Assembly (NCBI GenBank): GCA_030141605.1
Contig: JAQGDQ010000121.1
Location: 186,001 to 250,000, forward strand
Direction of reading: 5' to 3'
DNA: 64,000 bases
DNA from: Tubiluchus corallicola
Lineage: Eukaryota; Animalia; Priapulida
This document shows, one piece after another, positions 62,340 to 64,000 of the stretch; positions within the stretch are counted from its first letter, which is position 1; each line of letters opens with the position of its first letter. The notes beneath the pieces are model-generated. The model saw only the letters and a list, made by a program, of their open reading frames with translations. It had not been told where the DNA came from and did no database searches. The translations under genes and the position numbers were made by a program.

Positions 62340-62670
62340 TTCCAGAAACCTGCAATTTTTGCCACGGTTCCCTAGGCGACGGCAAAATTGAAATAAATCA
62401 GCAAAACCGCCCTGAAATATGGGAAGTCAAAGAGGTCTTTGGGATAGGCGGAGCCGTTGATGATTATGAGTGATTCGAGATGTAATTATGGGCGGAGTAC
62501 CCCTGTCAGAGTTAATGTGAACAATACTTGCTAACTCTCTGCGTTTTGTTACTATGGCTACGCTGCCTTTTGTCGGTTTTGTTCAAAGCTTGTTTTTTTT
62601 AGAAATGACATGAATAAATGTATGCATGCCTCGCTGAGCTGTCATTAGTATATGTATCGTACAGGTGAGC
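62340..62670 (+). promoter_or_regulatory. CpG-richer promoter-like region with two RFX X-boxes, GC boxes and a downstream splice donor
   Basis: GTTCCCTAGGCGAC (62367-62380), GTTACTATGGCTAC (62548-62561), AGGCGGAG (~62447), GGGCGGAG (~62490), donor CAG|GTGAGC at 62664/62665. Confidence 0.4.
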
Positions 62671-64000
62671 TACGTACGTTAACATTTTCAGACGATAAAC
62701 GCAGCTCGTCGTCGTCTTCGTTATCACCATCACATCCATCACCACCATCATCATGAACTTCATTATTAATTACCCATCTAAAGATAAGGTTTTGGTGACC
62801 TGTGTTCTCGATATCCTTGTGCAACGGTGCAAGGTTGGTAACGGCTGGGAAGCCGCTACCGTTGTCACTGCTAAAAGCAGCGAGGAAACTTTTATAAAAC
62901 TATTGTCAGAGGAATTGTCCAAGAGCGAGAATTGTCTAAGATATTTAACAGTGTCTTTTTTATAAATGTCATCTGTAAAAGTACAGAACTTCTAAAAGGC
63001 TTGGAAAAAAATCACATTTATGTCATCGCCTGTCATGATGTTTTTTGCAAAGCAACACGCCAAAAGTTCAATACAGGAATATTAAACGCGAGATAAGAAA
63101 AAGAAGAACAAAAGTTATGAGGATAACAGAATGATGGTGAAGAGATGACAGCAAGAATGCCAACCAATACTGACAGTACATACCAGCAGAGACGAAACGG
63201 TGACAATGGTAGCAATAATAGCTACAATTACGACGAATGCGATTAAAAATACAACAGAGATAATGATGGTAATGAGACAATCGTGAATTAAAGCAGCTTT
63301 TGACGCTTATAAAAGCTGAAAGCAATTTTTCCGTCTCTGGTTTTGCACTTCTAAATTACGTTACAGTAAAGAATTTGGAAGCTATATTATTCTCACCTAT
63401 GTATTTATTTAGTGACTATCCTTGTACAGCTACTATAGGACCACGTGACATTGGCCGTTGACGGCACCTTTAGAAAGAAAAACAATTAAGAAAATAAATG
63501 TGCTCCAAGCTCATTAGCAATTAGACCTGCTGATTATAATGAACAACTGCGATTAAAGCTGCCAAGTTGCACTTTACCAAATGAAAACTTATTGCAAAGG
63601 CGGTCACATTAACTCCCTCGTGAAAAATGAAAACGTCGAATTGTGTCTTTGTGTTTCACGGCTTTTTGGTCAATTTACAGTACAGACCACTGGTCATTAA
63701 AACGTTACACGTTCCGTCTAGTTAAAAGAACTTTTGCTAACTTGGTTTTATCAGTACGGTGAGTGGTTACACAATTTAGGGGGGGGGGGGTAATTGTACA
63801 CACAAAATAGTAGCAATAGCGACAAAACGCGCTAAAATCAAATTAAAAAATCTGTGGATGCTTGGTTAGACTTCTGTGACTTTCAGAATTCACAAAAAGC
63901 TTTATCAGTCAAATAGCCTGTCTCTATGTGCCTCTAAAGTTGCCTGAGTGAAATAAAGGTTGCTAAGAACGTTTTAACACCCGAAATCTTGTAAGACAAG

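Noticed and set aside
1-64000. CRISPR arrays, operons, prophage or defence systems
   Set aside because: Eukaryotic intron-containing DNA; no regularly spaced repeat-spacer array and no prokaryote-like gene density.

Overview
AT-rich eukaryotic (metazoan) genomic DNA with spliceosomal GT-AG introns and many microsatellites; no prokaryotic features, CRISPR array, rRNA or recognisable tRNA. Two intron-containing genes can be rebuilt by hand, and they converge at about 3.4-4.9 kb. (1) On the + strand, a 5-coding-exon gene (791-3380, 226 aa) for a divergent two-domain NIPSNAP-like protein with no obvious mitochondrial presequence. (2) On the - strand, a 7-cadherin-repeat, delta-type protocadherin (CDS 12959-4902, 1217 aa, or 1226 aa in the alternative form). 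The most striking feature is in the protocadherin cytoplasmic region. Two donors 10 nt apart are frame-coupled to a 17-nt microexon (6304-6288): 10+17=27 nt, in frame only when both are used or both skipped. The microexon sits beside a perfect DR5 (AGGTCA-N5-AGGTCA) and a full CRE. The remaining ~51 kb (13-64 kb) has no credible coding exon. It looks like a regulatory gene desert or long 5' intron, with motif-dense islands, degenerate hammerhead-like motifs, a pseudoknot-capable GC-rich element, a decayed LINE tail, short tandem duplications and an RFX-box promoter-like region near 62.4 kb. Most short ORFs in the track are artefacts of simple repeats or antisense frames. The species cannot be determined from the sequence.
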